64,000 bases of DNA from an uncultured Nitrososphaeraceae archaeon (lineage in GTDB: Archaea; Thermoproteota; Nitrososphaeria; Nitrososphaerales; Nitrososphaeraceae). The stretch lies in assembly GCA_963729045.1 (NCBI GenBank), contig CAVSMN010000012.1, positions 64,001-128,000 of the forward strand. The letters run 5' to 3'. Numbering within the stretch: the stretch's first letter is position 1; every line of letters starts with the position of its first letter. The notes beneath the pieces are model-generated. The model was not told the origin of the DNA and ran no database searches. It was given only the letters and a program-made list of their open reading frames with translations. The translations under genes were made by a program, and so were the position numbers. Positions 10,140 to 20,539 of this stretch are shown here, one piece after another.

Positions 10140-11714
10140 ATGGTTGCTGGTAAAAGAATTGTGCTAACTGCCGATCGTAGTTTGATGACCAACTATAGAG
10201 GTAATTTTCTTTATGGGTTCATAGCATGTGGCCCATATGAACTTGTTCCTGAATTTGTATTTGATAAACTTTTTTGTCCAAGTGTTGAAACTGATAAGAA
10301 TACTGGAGAAATAAAAGTTGCCCAATGTGGTCTGCGTCGTATTGAAAGTGCATTGATTCGAGAGTACGATAAAAGCGAAGTATTTCTAGCTCATCCAGAA
10401 ATGTTGGAAAAATGTATTGGACCACAAACCAAGGTTGTAGGAATAAATGTCATGGATCCGTTGGGAATGGCTCCGGTAACAACCACCATGTCACCTGAAA
10501 AATTATCTTATGTGGCAATGAAATTTAAAAAAATGTGTGCTTCTATCATTCAATTAAAAAAGAAATATGATTTTAAAGTCGTCGTTGGGGGTAATGGCTC
10601 TTGGGAATTAGCCAAACCTGAAAGGATGAAGATTCACGGAATTGATACCGTGGTGATAGGTGAAGCAGATGAGTTAGCATTGGATTTGTTTCATGATCTA
10701 GAAGCTGGGGATGCACCAGAACTTCTTCATACGTTTGTACGCAATATAGAGAATATTCCTGTTATACGTGGTCCAACAATCAACTCATTAATTGAAGCCA
10801 TGAGAGGTTGCGGACGGGGTTGTGATTTTTGTGATGTGAATAAGAGATCTAAGAAAGATATTCCTTTAGATAGATTACAGGAAGAAGCTAAAATAAATAT
10901 AAAATATGGCTTTGATTCCATCTGGCTACAGTCAGATGAAATGTTACTTTATGGCTGTGATAATAAAGACTTTATACCAAATCAGGAAGCAATTTTAGAC
11001 GTTTGGAAGGGGCTAAAGTCGGTAGGAGCTAACTTCATAGGTACTACTCACATGACTTTGTCAGCTGTTGCTTCATCTCCTGATTTGATAAAAAATATTT
11101 CTCAGGTAAATGATATGGAAAACAATGGTCGCTGGCTTGCGACTAACTTAGGAGTTGAAACTGTCGCCCCGCGGATGGTAAAAAAACACCTTGGGGTAAA
11201 AACGAGGCCTTTCCAACCAGAGGAATGGGGATCAGTTGTAAGAGAGGGATGCAAAATACTAAATCAAAATCATTGGTTTCCAGCATTAACATTGATAATT
11301 GGATGGCCTGATGAAACACCTGATGAGACCCAATATACTATTGATTTGATCCAGGATTTCAGACAAATGAATATGAGGGGATTAGTCGCTCCATTATTAT
11401 ATCAGGATTTCTCTGAGAAAAATTCAATGCATTTTGGAAATTTGAATGAATCACAATTTGCGCTCTTTTGGACATGTTGGCAACATAATCTTAGGGTAAT
11501 AAGTGACATTATACCTATAATTATTCGTAACAAATCTTACGGGCCTGCGATGAAGGTATTTATGGCAATGTTAATAAAATTTGGAACCTGGGCCATAATG
11601 AGATATTTACGTGGCCTGTCCAAAGGCTTGTTTGAAGGTAAACCTGCTGAAGATATTGTTGCAAAGTATGTGCGACCGCGTTCTGTGACCGCACCAATGC
11701 CTCCAAAATTATAA
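10140..11714 (+). CDS. B12-binding radical SAM protein, GDGT ring synthase (GrsA/GrsB)-like
   Basis: RGCGRGCDFC (CxxxCxxC) after a cobalamin-binding-like domain; N-terminal IVLTADRSLMTNY and GLRRIESAL resemble the Grs family as recalled (radical SAM call is secure, Grs call is tentative). Confidence 0.7.
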   Translation: MVAGKRIVLTADRSLMTNYRGNFLYGFIACGPYELVPEFVFDKLFCPSVETDKNTGEIKVAQCGLRRIESALIREYDKSEVFLAHPEMLEKCIGPQTKVVGINVMDPLGMAPVTTTMSPEKLSYVAMKFKKMCASIIQLKKKYDFKVVVGGNGSWELAKPERMKIHGIDTVVIGEADELALDLFHDLEAGDAPELLHTFVRNIENIPVIRGPTINSLIEAMRGCGRGCDFCDVNKRSKKDIPLDRLQEEAKINIKYGFDSIWLQSDEMLLYGCDNKDFIPNQEAILDVWKGLKSVGANFIGTTHMTLSAVASSPDLIKNISQVNDMENNGRWLATNLGVETVAPRMVKKHLGVKTRPFQPEEWGSVVREGCKILNQNHWFPALTLIIGWPDETPDETQYTIDLIQDFRQMNMRGLVAPLLYQDFSEKNSMHFGNLNESQFALFWTCWQHNLRVISDIIPIIIRNKSYGPAMKVFMAMLIKFGTWAIMRYLRGLSKGLFEGKPAEDIVAKYVRPRSVTAPMPPKL

Positions 11715-11826
11715 AAAAGTAAGAGTTTATTTTAAAACTCTATTTTATGTCTGGTTTATATTCTAGGTTTGAACGAAAAAATAGGAATAGGTATTCCTAA
11801 AATTAGACCGTGGAGAGGTAAAAAAT

Positions 11827-12162
11827 CTAGTGTGTTGAGCTAATCTGGCTCAATGCTGCATCAGCAATGGTGTCCCTCTTAGGTGTAATGACAATAAAAT
11901 AATTCTTATCAGCTCTTTCCATGACATTGACTAGTTTGTGTTTTTTTGCTGAGATATCGAATTCGTACATTCCATGCTCAAGATTCCCCTTTGTATAAAT
12001 CATGAGTAATGTTTCCCCTGATAACGGGGTAATTGGGACCATTGAAAAAACATATCCCTTGTAAGAACTAATGGGTAGGATTTGTTTCATATAGGGTGCC
12101 ACTGAAACCAAATAAATCAAAACATCTTCGATGGTTTCGAATTCTTCAAATTCAAATTTCAT
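11827..12162 (-). CDS. Hypothetical protein
   Basis: 111-aa ATG ORF co-oriented downstream of FNR with protein-like composition. Confidence 0.7.
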   Translation of the reverse strand: MKFEFEEFETIEDVLIYLVSVAPYMKQILPISSYKGYVFSMVPITPLSGETLLMIYTKGNLEHGMYEFDISAKKHKLVNVMERADKNYFIVITPKRDTIADAALSQISSTH

Positions 12163-12210
12163 TTAAATTAACTATTTGAAAGTAGGTTAAATAAACTTTA
12201 TAAAAAAAGT

Positions 12211-13055
12211 TTATCCGTACGATTCAAATTTAACGTCAAAAGTACCATCTTTTCTCTTGTTCCTTTCAGTTACAAAACCCTTTGGTACTAGAGAATCTAG
12301 AACCCCATCTACGGTGCCCTGCCATCCACACACATAAAAAGACGTATTTTGCGGTGTAATTTTCTCACCCACTAGTTCCTCCAAGGGTGATTTATCCTTG
12401 CCTGGCTTTGGACGTAGAAAGGTTTCTACTCTCCCCTTATGTCCATTCCATGATCTATTGAACCATTCCTGGGGTCTGCTGATACTTGCTCGATATCTAA
12501 AGTTCCATTCACTACCACCCTTCTCCAAACTTTCAGCCTCCAGCTCGGTTAACAATTCTCTATAACTCAATTCATCGACATAGCTTGCGCCGTGAAGCAC
12601 TACGATTTGTCTTTTAGTCCCCTTTGATTTTAGGTGTAACGAATATGATATAAAGGGGGCTAAACCTGTTCCACCTCCAATCAAGTACTAATCTCCTATT
12701 ATCTGGACTACCATCAGGCATTTTTTCATTAATTGTAAAAATACCAGTGGGCCTCACCCAATTAATTTCGTCTCCTTCCCTCTTATCAAATAATTGAGTT
12801 GTAAGCCTTCCGGGCAGTGGTTTCTTAACCCATCGTACCTACAAGCTCAAAGTGTTTTTTTTGTTCTGGAGGTGAAGCAATCGAATATGCTCTCCTTATT
12901 ACCTTACCTTCATTAGGAACATTTAAACCCAAGGTAACAAACTGACCCGGTTTAAAGTCTGGGACTTGGCCCTCGTTTGGTTTAACATGAAAAATCGCAA
13001 GGTCTTCTTTTAGAACCCTGATATATGAAACTGTTGCCTTATTGTCTACTACCAT
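12211..13055 (-). CDS. Ferredoxin--NADP(+) reductase (two +1 frameshifts near 12840 and 12682)
   Basis: FKPGQF, RRAYSIAS, GGGTGLAPF, YVCG and C-terminal FESYG motifs; the gap translates as VRWVKKPLPGRLTTQLF. Confidence 0.85.
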
Positions 13056-13539
13056 AATATTCTCTGTTTTAAGCCAAGTTAGTTAAATATTTTGTTCTTA
13101 TTATTTTTAAAGTAACATTTACTTTCATTTTTGTATCAGGGATTACGATACTCAGAATGATTTTGCAAGGCAACTCATGAATTAATCTGAATTTTATAAG
13201 GTCATGAGGATTAGAAACTACGCATAGTATATATAAAAGTCGGTTTAGTTAAACTTTTTGATTATATTATAGTAAGGGGACCCCTTGTGTCTTTCAATAC
13301 ATTTTTGACAAATTGATTTATCGCCGTATTTTTTATGACAGGGGCAATCGCAATTCAAATTCATATTGGATCCCAAATAATACTCTATGAGAATTTGATG
13401 AAACATATAAATCGTTTTATACAGTCTTTACGAAAATACAGAAATTAAAAATGATGGAAGACCCACAGTCACTACCGGTTTCTAATTTTCTTAAGGTCAA
13501 GTTTTATGCACAAATGATATCAATGTTAGAATTTACTCG

Positions 13540-14217
13540 ATGATCTACTCGATTTTTTTGTTAAAAAGCAGATCAGAATTACTATATAGTATAAGGTACT
13601 GTCTGAATATGACTGAAAGTTTGACTGAATCGATGCATTCGTTTATTTCTAAATCTGTTATCTCTTCTACAACCTGTAAAAAATATCTGGCTTCTGATGG
13701 TATTTCATCTAATAATTTGTTGTTGAAGGATCAAACAGGAAAAGTATTGCTTAATTGCAAGAATGTTAATGTTTTAAAAGGTAAAATAGACGGGATAGGT
13801 GTTTCTTTTGCTATAACTAAAAATCTAGATGAGTATCAGTTTCTTATATGTAAATACATTCCCGCCTTACCTGATCACGATATGTTCAAGTTAAAATTTC
13901 AAAAGATGCGGTTGCTTATTACTATGTTTATAAATAAAATGGTCGATGTGTTACTTCAATCTAAAATAAACTCCAAAGCCTTGGCTGACTTGAATAAACA
14001 CGGCAATGCTATATTGTTAGAGGTTTCTGAATTAACGCATGAATTTCGTGAAAGAGACAAAGATGACAGAGTCAAATACCTTCTAAATGAGGAAAATATG
14101 GATATGCTAAATCTCAAAATGGATTATTTTATCCAATTTGGTGCTACTGAAATCCAAATTAATAGGATCCTGTTGTCCATTTATGGATATGATATAGCTG
14201 ATTCAGCAATTGAATGA
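13540..14217 (+). CDS. Hypothetical protein
   Basis: 225-aa ORF; real start may be the later Met near 13609. Confidence 0.6.
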   Translation: MIYSIFLLKSRSELLYSIRYCLNMTESLTESMHSFISKSVISSTTCKKYLASDGISSNNLLLKDQTGKVLLNCKNVNVLKGKIDGIGVSFAITKNLDEYQFLICKYIPALPDHDMFKLKFQKMRLLITMFINKMVDVLLQSKINSKALADLNKHGNAILLEVSELTHEFRERDKDDRVKYLLNEENMDMLNLKMDYFIQFGATEIQINRILLSIYGYDIADSAIE

Positions 14218-14222
14218 AGGTG

Positions 14223-14768
14223 TCATCCATCTTTAAAGAATTCAAGCACTTCTTTGCTGTGACCCCTTGGTTTGACACTTGAATATATTTTAGCAATGCT
14301 TCCAGTTTGATCAACTAAAAATGTTGACCTCGTAACGCCAAGGTATTCCTTACCCATAAATTTTTTGAGCCCATAGACCCCATATTCCTTTGAAATTTCA
14401 TTGTTCGGATCGGATGCAAGCATATAGGGGATATTCATCTTCTCTCTGAATTTTGTATGAGAATCGTTAGAATCCGGGCTGATTCCAATTATTTCGATCC
14501 CCTGTTGTTCAAATAGAGCATAGTCTTTAGTAAATTCCTCAGCCTCGGTGGTACAACCAGGAGTAAAATCTTTTGGATAAAAGTAAATAACTATCTTTTT
14601 GTGTTTTAACAGGTTTGACAATTTGAATTCATTGTTCTTTGGGTCTCTGTATTCAAAATCGAAAGGCTTGTCGCCCTCTTTAATTTTCATCATATTATGA
14701 TCTTTTTGGTTTGACATACTGTTAATTGTTAGGACACCAAAAAATACATGTTTGTTTTCATGCTCCAA
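14223..14768 (-). CDS. bcp: Peroxiredoxin, BCP/PrxQ type
   Basis: YFYPKDFTPGCTTEA, GISPD and RSTFLVD motifs; true start is probably downstream of 14768. Confidence 0.9.
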   Translation of the reverse strand: MEHENKHVFFGVLTINSMSNQKDHNMMKIKEGDKPFDFEYRDPKNNEFKLSNLLKHKKIVIYFYPKDFTPGCTTEAEEFTKDYALFEQQGIEIIGISPDSNDSHTKFREKMNIPYMLASDPNNEISKEYGVYGLKKFMGKEYLGVTRSTFLVDQTGSIAKIYSSVKPRGHSKEVLEFFKDG

Positions 14769-14815
14769 TCCTGCTCATCATATATCTTAATTTAATGTCT
14801 GCCATTGTTCAAGTA

Positions 14816-15880
14816 TTAACCAAATACAAACGTGTAAAAATAGAAATTATCTGTCTTTGGTAATATTTCAAGCACATGAATTTCAGGACTTGGCGTTTTG
14901 ACTATGTTCATAATATGTGGCCATGTGATTTCGATATAACTCGAATTACTATCCTTTTTTCCATGATATCCTAATTGTTCATCAGTTAAAAATTCACCAT
15001 CCAGCTTAACATTTGCTATTGCAGGCTCGTCGTCGGTACTACCAACTATTACGTTTACATTTGATGCCATATTGTATTTGAAGACTATTGCGGGATCTTT
15101 TTCCTTATGGTCAAATGATGCCTTTATGCCCTCTTTATCCCATCTCCATTTTCCCCTTAAATATACGGTATTATCCAACACGGTTTGAGGCGCAGTGAAC
15201 ACATTGTATTCATTAATTTTGGCTTTTTGATTATTTCCAAACCTTCTGATCCGTGAGTAACCTACGCAGATCTCAGGGGCCATGCCGTTAAAATGCATTC
15301 CGTATATCTTAGTCACCTCATTTTGGTTGCTGTTGATCTCTTGTTCCTTTTCTTTTTGGTTGTTTAAATCAGTACTTAATTCTGATTTACCATCTTGCTT
15401 TTCTTGAGGCGATTCTCTATTGGAGAATGGGAGATCAAGCAAATCGGCTAAAGCTTCTTCAAAATCATCAAATGTTCCGTATCCCGGATGTTCGTACCTA
15501 ACAAACCCATCAGTATCAATCAATATGTGCTTGGGCCAGTATGAATTCCCATATACTTCCCAAGTTTTATTATTGGTATCATATCCCGTCACATCTCCAT
15601 CCAATCCAAACTCCTTTAATGCCTTTTCGATATTAGCGATATTTTTGGCAAATTCATATTCGGCTGAATGAATCCCAAATACAACCAAACCTTTATCGGC
15701 ATATTTCTCTTTAATCTTTTTTATTGTAGGAATGGTTCTTAAGCAAAAAATGCATGTATATGTCCAAAAATCTAAAAGCACTACCTTACCCTTTAGTTCC
15801 TTTATACTATGCGTGGCGTTGTCGCTCCAATTCTTGATATCTTTGAAATCTGGTGCTGATACGGCAGGTATAATGTTCAT
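14816..15880 (-). CDS. Thioredoxin-like redoxin with DipZ-type C-terminal domain
   Basis: LLDFWTYTCIFC (CxxC), GIHSAEYEF, YGNSYWP and FYTFVFG end. Confidence 0.85.
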   Translation of the reverse strand: MNIIPAVSAPDFKDIKNWSDNATHSIKELKGKVVLLDFWTYTCIFCLRTIPTIKKIKEKYADKGLVVFGIHSAEYEFAKNIANIEKALKEFGLDGDVTGYDTNNKTWEVYGNSYWPKHILIDTDGFVRYEHPGYGTFDDFEEALADLLDLPFSNRESPQEKQDGKSELSTDLNNQKEKEQEINSNQNEVTKIYGMHFNGMAPEICVGYSRIRRFGNNQKAKINEYNVFTAPQTVLDNTVYLRGKWRWDKEGIKASFDHKEKDPAIVFKYNMASNVNVIVGSTDDEPAIANVKLDGEFLTDEQLGYHGKKDSNSSYIEITWPHIMNIVKTPSPEIHVLEILPKTDNFYFYTFVFG

Positions 15881-15955
15881 TTAATGACTATTTTCATCAT
15901 GTAATTTATGTCTGTTTTCTGTAGTATTCTATTTATTTGAAAATGTCAAATCAGA

Positions 15956-16040
15956 TGCGGGAGATGGGATTTGAACCCACGAACCCCTAAGGGATAAGGC
16001 CCTCAACCTTACGCCTTTGGCCAAGCTGGGCGACTCCCGC
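15956..16040 (-). tRNA. tRNA-Leu (anticodon GAG), intronless, no encoded CCA
   Basis: Reverse complement GCGGGAGTCGCCCAGCTTGGCCAAAGGCGTAAGGTTGAGGGCCTTATCCCTTAGGGGTTCGTGGGTTCAAATCCCATCTCCCGCA folds to a cloverleaf with long variable arm and TTCAAAT T-loop. Confidence 0.95.
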
Positions 16041-16137
16041 TTTGACATTTTATTATTGGAGGGATAATTTGAATATTCCCACTAATATCATAATGGCATT
16101 TGAATGATTTTTATTATGGAGTTCATTTTTTTATAGC

Positions 16138-16374
16138 ATGCTTGTTCCAGTAAGATGCTTTACATGTGGAAAACTGATAGCTAATATCTATAATGAATAT
16201 TTAACCCAGTTAAAACAAGGAGAAGAACCAAATAAAATTATGGATTCTTTGAAAATTACACGTTATTGTTGTAGAAGGATGTTCGTTTCAAGCGTAGAGA
16301 CCATATATCAGGTCATTCCCTATTATGAAGCTTTGAGGAAACGACGGGCGGAGATTCAATCTGAGATGGAATGA
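16138..16374 (+). CDS. rpoN: DNA-directed RNA polymerase subunit N (Rpo10)
   Basis: MLVPVRCFTCGK and RYCCRRM signature. Confidence 0.97.
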   Translation: MLVPVRCFTCGKLIANIYNEYLTQLKQGEEPNKIMDSLKITRYCCRRMFVSSVETIYQVIPYYEALRKRRAEIQSEME

Positions 16375-16380
16375 TAAACA

Positions 16381-17636
16381 TTGCCTGAAATCACTTCTAT
16401 TGAGGAAAGGCTAGTTTTCAATAGCCGAGGAGATAAAACTATCGAAATTGATGTACAGTCTGACAACAAGTACCAAGGTAGGGCCTGTGCACCATCAGGC
16501 GCCAGCGTCGGGATGTATGAGGCACAAAGCTTTATTCAAAACGATCCCAGAATTAACCATTAGAAATTTTAACAGTATAAAGAATAAATTTATTGGGATT
16601 GACAGCGCAGACCTCAAAAATCTGCACAATGTGATTAAAACAGTGGATCCTTCGGATAATTATTCAAATATTGGGGGTTCTGTGGCTTACGCCCTTTCTA
16701 TAGCGAGCGTAGATTCAGCTGCAAAGGCCATGAACATTCCATTCTATAAAGTTTTGAACCCTAAATTGGAAAAGATTAGTTTCCCGTACCCTCTTGGAAA
16801 TGTGTTGGGTGGAGGTGCTCATGCTGGTCCAGGAACCCCTGACTTGCAAGAATTTTTGATTTGTCCTGTAAAATCACTATCGATCTCCGAAGCAATCTCT
16901 TTGAATTCACAAATTCATAAGGAGGTAAAAAAAAGTATCGAAAAAATCGACAGTAAATTTACATATGGAAAGGGAGACGAAGGAGGATGGGCCCCTGCTA
17001 TTGTAAATGATCTCGCCATTGAGTTAGTTGAAAATGCAATTATTCAGTGTGGATATGATCCAAAGAAAGAGATCAGAATGGGTATAGACTTTGCAAGCTC
17101 CTCAATGTGGGATACTGACAAGAAGGTATATGATTACCAAGCGGGAGGGAATTTTTAGAACAACAGAGCAGCAAATAGAGTACGTTAACAAATTGATCCG
17201 TGACTACAACCTCATATATGCTGAAGATCCATTGCATGAAGAGGATTTTGAGAATATGTCGATTATCACTAAAGATAACCCTACGTGCCTTGTTACGGGT
17301 GATGATTTGCTAGTAACAAATACAAATAGAGCCACCCTGGCTGCTAAAAAAAAGGCCTGTTCTGGAGCAATTTTGAAGGTAAATCAAGCAGGCACTTTAT
17401 ACGACGCGATGTTATTTGCAGAAGAATGCACCAAGAATAACATCAAAATCATTACTTCTCATAGATCGGGTGAGTCAGTTGACAGTCATATTTCTCATAT
17501 TTCTATCGCTACAAATTCAATAATGATAAAAACTGGTATCGTAGGCGGAGAAAGAATTTCCAAATTAAATGAATTATTAAGAGTTTCAGAGTATGGTTTA
17601 ATAGAAGGAATGGCTAAATGGAGCAATATATCATGA
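16381..17636 (+). CDS. eno: Enolase (two +1 frameshifts near 16547 and 17138)
   Basis: NSRG, APSGASVG, GGGAHA, GDEGG, EDPL, GDDL, LKVNQ and SHRSGE across three consecutive ORFs. Confidence 0.92.
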
Positions 17637-18475
17637 ATATGAATACTGAGGAAATGGATTCTCTTAATAATTCTAATAATGAAAACATAGATAAAACTGT
17701 TAACGATGATGCTTCCACAACTGAGGGAGAAGATTCAAAAAATACAACTAGCAACTCAGAAGAATCTCCTGAAAACTATGGGGAATCTGATGAAACTGAA
17801 CAAACAAGTATTGGCGATGAGGAATCGAACAGTTCGTCTGATATCGTAGAACAATCAGAATCATTGGAAGATCCTAATAACCTAGAGAAAATGATATTGT
17901 CAACTGGAATCAGGGTAGGAACTCCGATCAAAACTAAATTTATGACATCATTCATAACTCGTGCTAATCCCGAAGGCTTGTATATCCTTGATATTAGTAA
18001 AACTCTTGCAAGAATTGACGTTGCCGCCAAATTTATTGGTAGAACGAATATTGCAAATGTTGCGGTAACATCTGCTAGGGAGTACGGAAAAACACCAATC
18101 GAAAAATTTTGTGAACTAACAGGCGCTCGTGGTATTTTTGGAAGATTTATGCCAGGTACATTTACTAATCCTTCATTACCCAAATATTTGGAGCCCGAAA
18201 TAGTTATAGTCACAGATCCGCAGGCCGATGAACAGGCCGTATTGGAAGCAACAAGAGCTGGGGTCCCTGTAATCGCATTATCAAATAGTGACAATATTAC
18301 TTCTAAAGTTGATTTGGTAATTCCATCAAATAACAGAGGCAGAAAAGCCCTTGCTACGGTTTATTGGCTCTTGACAAAAGAAGTCCTCAAAAAACAAGGA
18401 AAGATAAAATCTGATTCTGAGATGCCATTGACAATAGATGATTTCGAAGCAAAACTAGTTGAAGAATTGATTTAA
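17633..18475 (+). CDS. rps2: 30S ribosomal protein S2 with acidic N-terminal extension
   Basis: GRFMPGTFTNP, DPQADEQAVLEA and PSNNRGRKAL motifs; start codon uncertain (17618 or 17633). Confidence 0.95.
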   Translation: MNMNTEEMDSLNNSNNENIDKTVNDDASTTEGEDSKNTTSNSEESPENYGESDETEQTSIGDEESNSSSDIVEQSESLEDPNNLEKMILSTGIRVGTPIKTKFMTSFITRANPEGLYILDISKTLARIDVAAKFIGRTNIANVAVTSAREYGKTPIEKFCELTGARGIFGRFMPGTFTNPSLPKYLEPEIVIVTDPQADEQAVLEATRAGVPVIALSNSDNITSKVDLVIPSNNRGRKALATVYWLLTKEVLKKQGKIKSDSEMPLTIDDFEAKLVEELI

Positions 18476-18482
18476 TTAAATA

Positions 18483-19346
18483 TTGACACGTGAACATAAC
18501 TTTAGTGGAGTTTTTTATCCTAAAGATTATGGGAAATTGAATGCTTCAATTCAAAGCTTTTTTTCACTCTTGAATTCCTCTTCTGAAGATAGCAAATTCC
18601 TACAAATGGTAAATGAATATATTCAAGATAAAAAGATTCTGAGTTTTATAGTTCCTCATGGTTCATACGATTACTCTGGTTATGTGTCATCATTCACTTA
18701 TTACCTAATAGACAAGATAGAATGTCAGAATTTCATAATATTATCTTCCGATCATCGTGGAACTAGTCCTGGCATTTCGGTGTTGGATCATGGTACCTGG
18801 AATACCCCCTTGGGTCCAGCACAAATCAACGAGACAATGGCACATGATTTGATAAAGAAAAGTAATGATGGCTTTTTAGAGATAGATTCATTTTCTTTTG
18901 AAATTGATTACACAATTGAAACACAGTTGCCATTTATTCAAGTATTAAAGAAGAATAATTTCAGATTTTTACCTATACTTCAAAGAAAACAGGACAAAAA
19001 GACTTGTATACAACTAGCAAAGTTATTAGCAAGTATAGTACCTCAAAATGAAAAAGTTATACTAATATCTACCACTAATTTTACTCACTATCTAGATTAT
19101 GAAGAATGCTATGCCATCGATAAAAAACTGATATCAGCAATTTCAAAGATGGATATCGATTCATTTTATGATACTTTGAAAAACTATTTTCAATATATCT
19201 GCGGATACGGTTGTGTAGGTACTGCAATAGAATTTTCTAAATTATTAGGAAACTTTGACGTAATTTTATTAAAGCATCTTACAAGTGGCGATATTGATGG
19301 CAAAAAGTCTTCGGTCGTGGGTTATTCATCGATTCTAATGCTTTAG
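18483..19346 (+). CDS. MEMO1 / AmmeMemoRadiSam protein B family
   Basis: GVFYP, VPHGSYDYSG, WNTPLG, ETQLPF, CGYG and SVVGYSS; conserved position after rps2. Confidence 0.85.
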   Translation: MTREHNFSGVFYPKDYGKLNASIQSFFSLLNSSSEDSKFLQMVNEYIQDKKILSFIVPHGSYDYSGYVSSFTYYLIDKIECQNFIILSSDHRGTSPGISVLDHGTWNTPLGPAQINETMAHDLIKKSNDGFLEIDSFSFEIDYTIETQLPFIQVLKKNNFRFLPILQRKQDKKTCIQLAKLLASIVPQNEKVILISTTNFTHYLDYEECYAIDKKLISAISKMDIDSFYDTLKNYFQYICGYGCVGTAIEFSKLLGNFDVILLKHLTSGDIDGKKSSVVGYSSILML

Positions 19347-19397
19347 AGGGCTTGAGGATGAGGAGGAGTACTAATAGTAGTAGGAATGGGAGTTTGA

Positions 19398-20439
19398 TTG
19401 TATTCAAATACTAACACTTTTGAACGCCAAATAGAAGCAGTAGCTCCAGGAAAGGTAATTCTTTTTGGGGAGCACTTTGTGGTTTATGGATATCCATCGT
19501 TAATCGCATCAATAGATAAATTCTTTAAGGTAAAAGTAGATATCTCGCCATCTACAGCCGATGAAATCAAAATTGAATCAAATCTAGGTTTTAGAGCCAC
19601 TTTACAAAACTCGGTGCTTTCCTTCCCAGTGGGACAGGATAACACATATCATGAAATTATCAAGAAGCTGTACAGCGTTATCCAATATCTGGTGACTCAT
19701 GTCAGCATTGATGTTAGATCAAAGTATAGTATTTTGATTCGTTTGGACTCTGAAATCCCGTTAGGCGGAGGACTTGGATCCTCTTCAGCTTTTTGTGTTG
19801 CATTAACAGCTGCTCTTTACCATTTCATAGATAAGATGCTAAATAAGGACAAGATTTGTTATGAATCTATTCAACGCGGAGAAGATACTCAATAGAGATA
19901 CTTCGGGAGCAGATTGTAGTATTTGCACATTTGGGGGGTTGGGACAATTCGACAGATTGAATGGTTTTAAGAGGATCTCAGCAGATTTTAGTGATTATCG
20001 GTTCTTGATAATAAATAGCGGAATTACACATGATACCTTTTCTATGATAGAGAAGGTAGCCAAAATTAAAAATAATTATCCCAATGATTTTAACAATCTA
20101 TGTAACCAGTATGGAGATATCTATAATCAAGTTTTCAGCTACCTTGAGCATAACGATATTGGAAACATTGGTGAACTTTTAAATAGGAATCACGAATTGT
20201 TAGTCAGCCTTTCTTTGTCTAATCCCATAATAGATAAGATAATTAATATTTGTAATTCTGAGGGTTCGTTGGGAACAAAAATTACCGGGGCTGGGGGTGG
20301 GGGTTCAGTTTTGTCTTTCCTGCATAAGGATGATCTTTCAGTAATCAAGAATATTCTAAAAAGATTAGATTTATTAAATTTAAAATATTTCTTTGCAAAG
20401 ATTGATCCAGAAGGCCTGAGGATAGGTCGCAATAACTAG
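19398..20439 (+). CDS. mvk: Mevalonate kinase (+1 frameshift near 19870)
   Basis: APGKVILFGEHFVVYG, PLGGGLGSSSA, SGAD and KITGAGGGG GHMP motifs. Confidence 0.92.
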
Positions 20440-20539
20440 ATACCTCAGCGCCTTTGGCCATAGTACCAAGATCCCAAAAAATTTTAATAAATCACACAAT
20501 TAATAATGTCTTGATATTTCACTAGTCTAGTACGTCTTC

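Noticed and set aside
13274..13286. Palindrome AAGGGG-A-CCCCTT upstream of FNR, and similar short dyads at 132-144, 45492-45508 and 48904-48915
   Set aside because: Single short palindromes are expected by chance in 64 kb and share no consensus.
15956..16040. tRNA-Leu as the integrase target
   Set aside because: No duplicated tRNA fragment was seen in the window and the tRNA is flanked by core genes.
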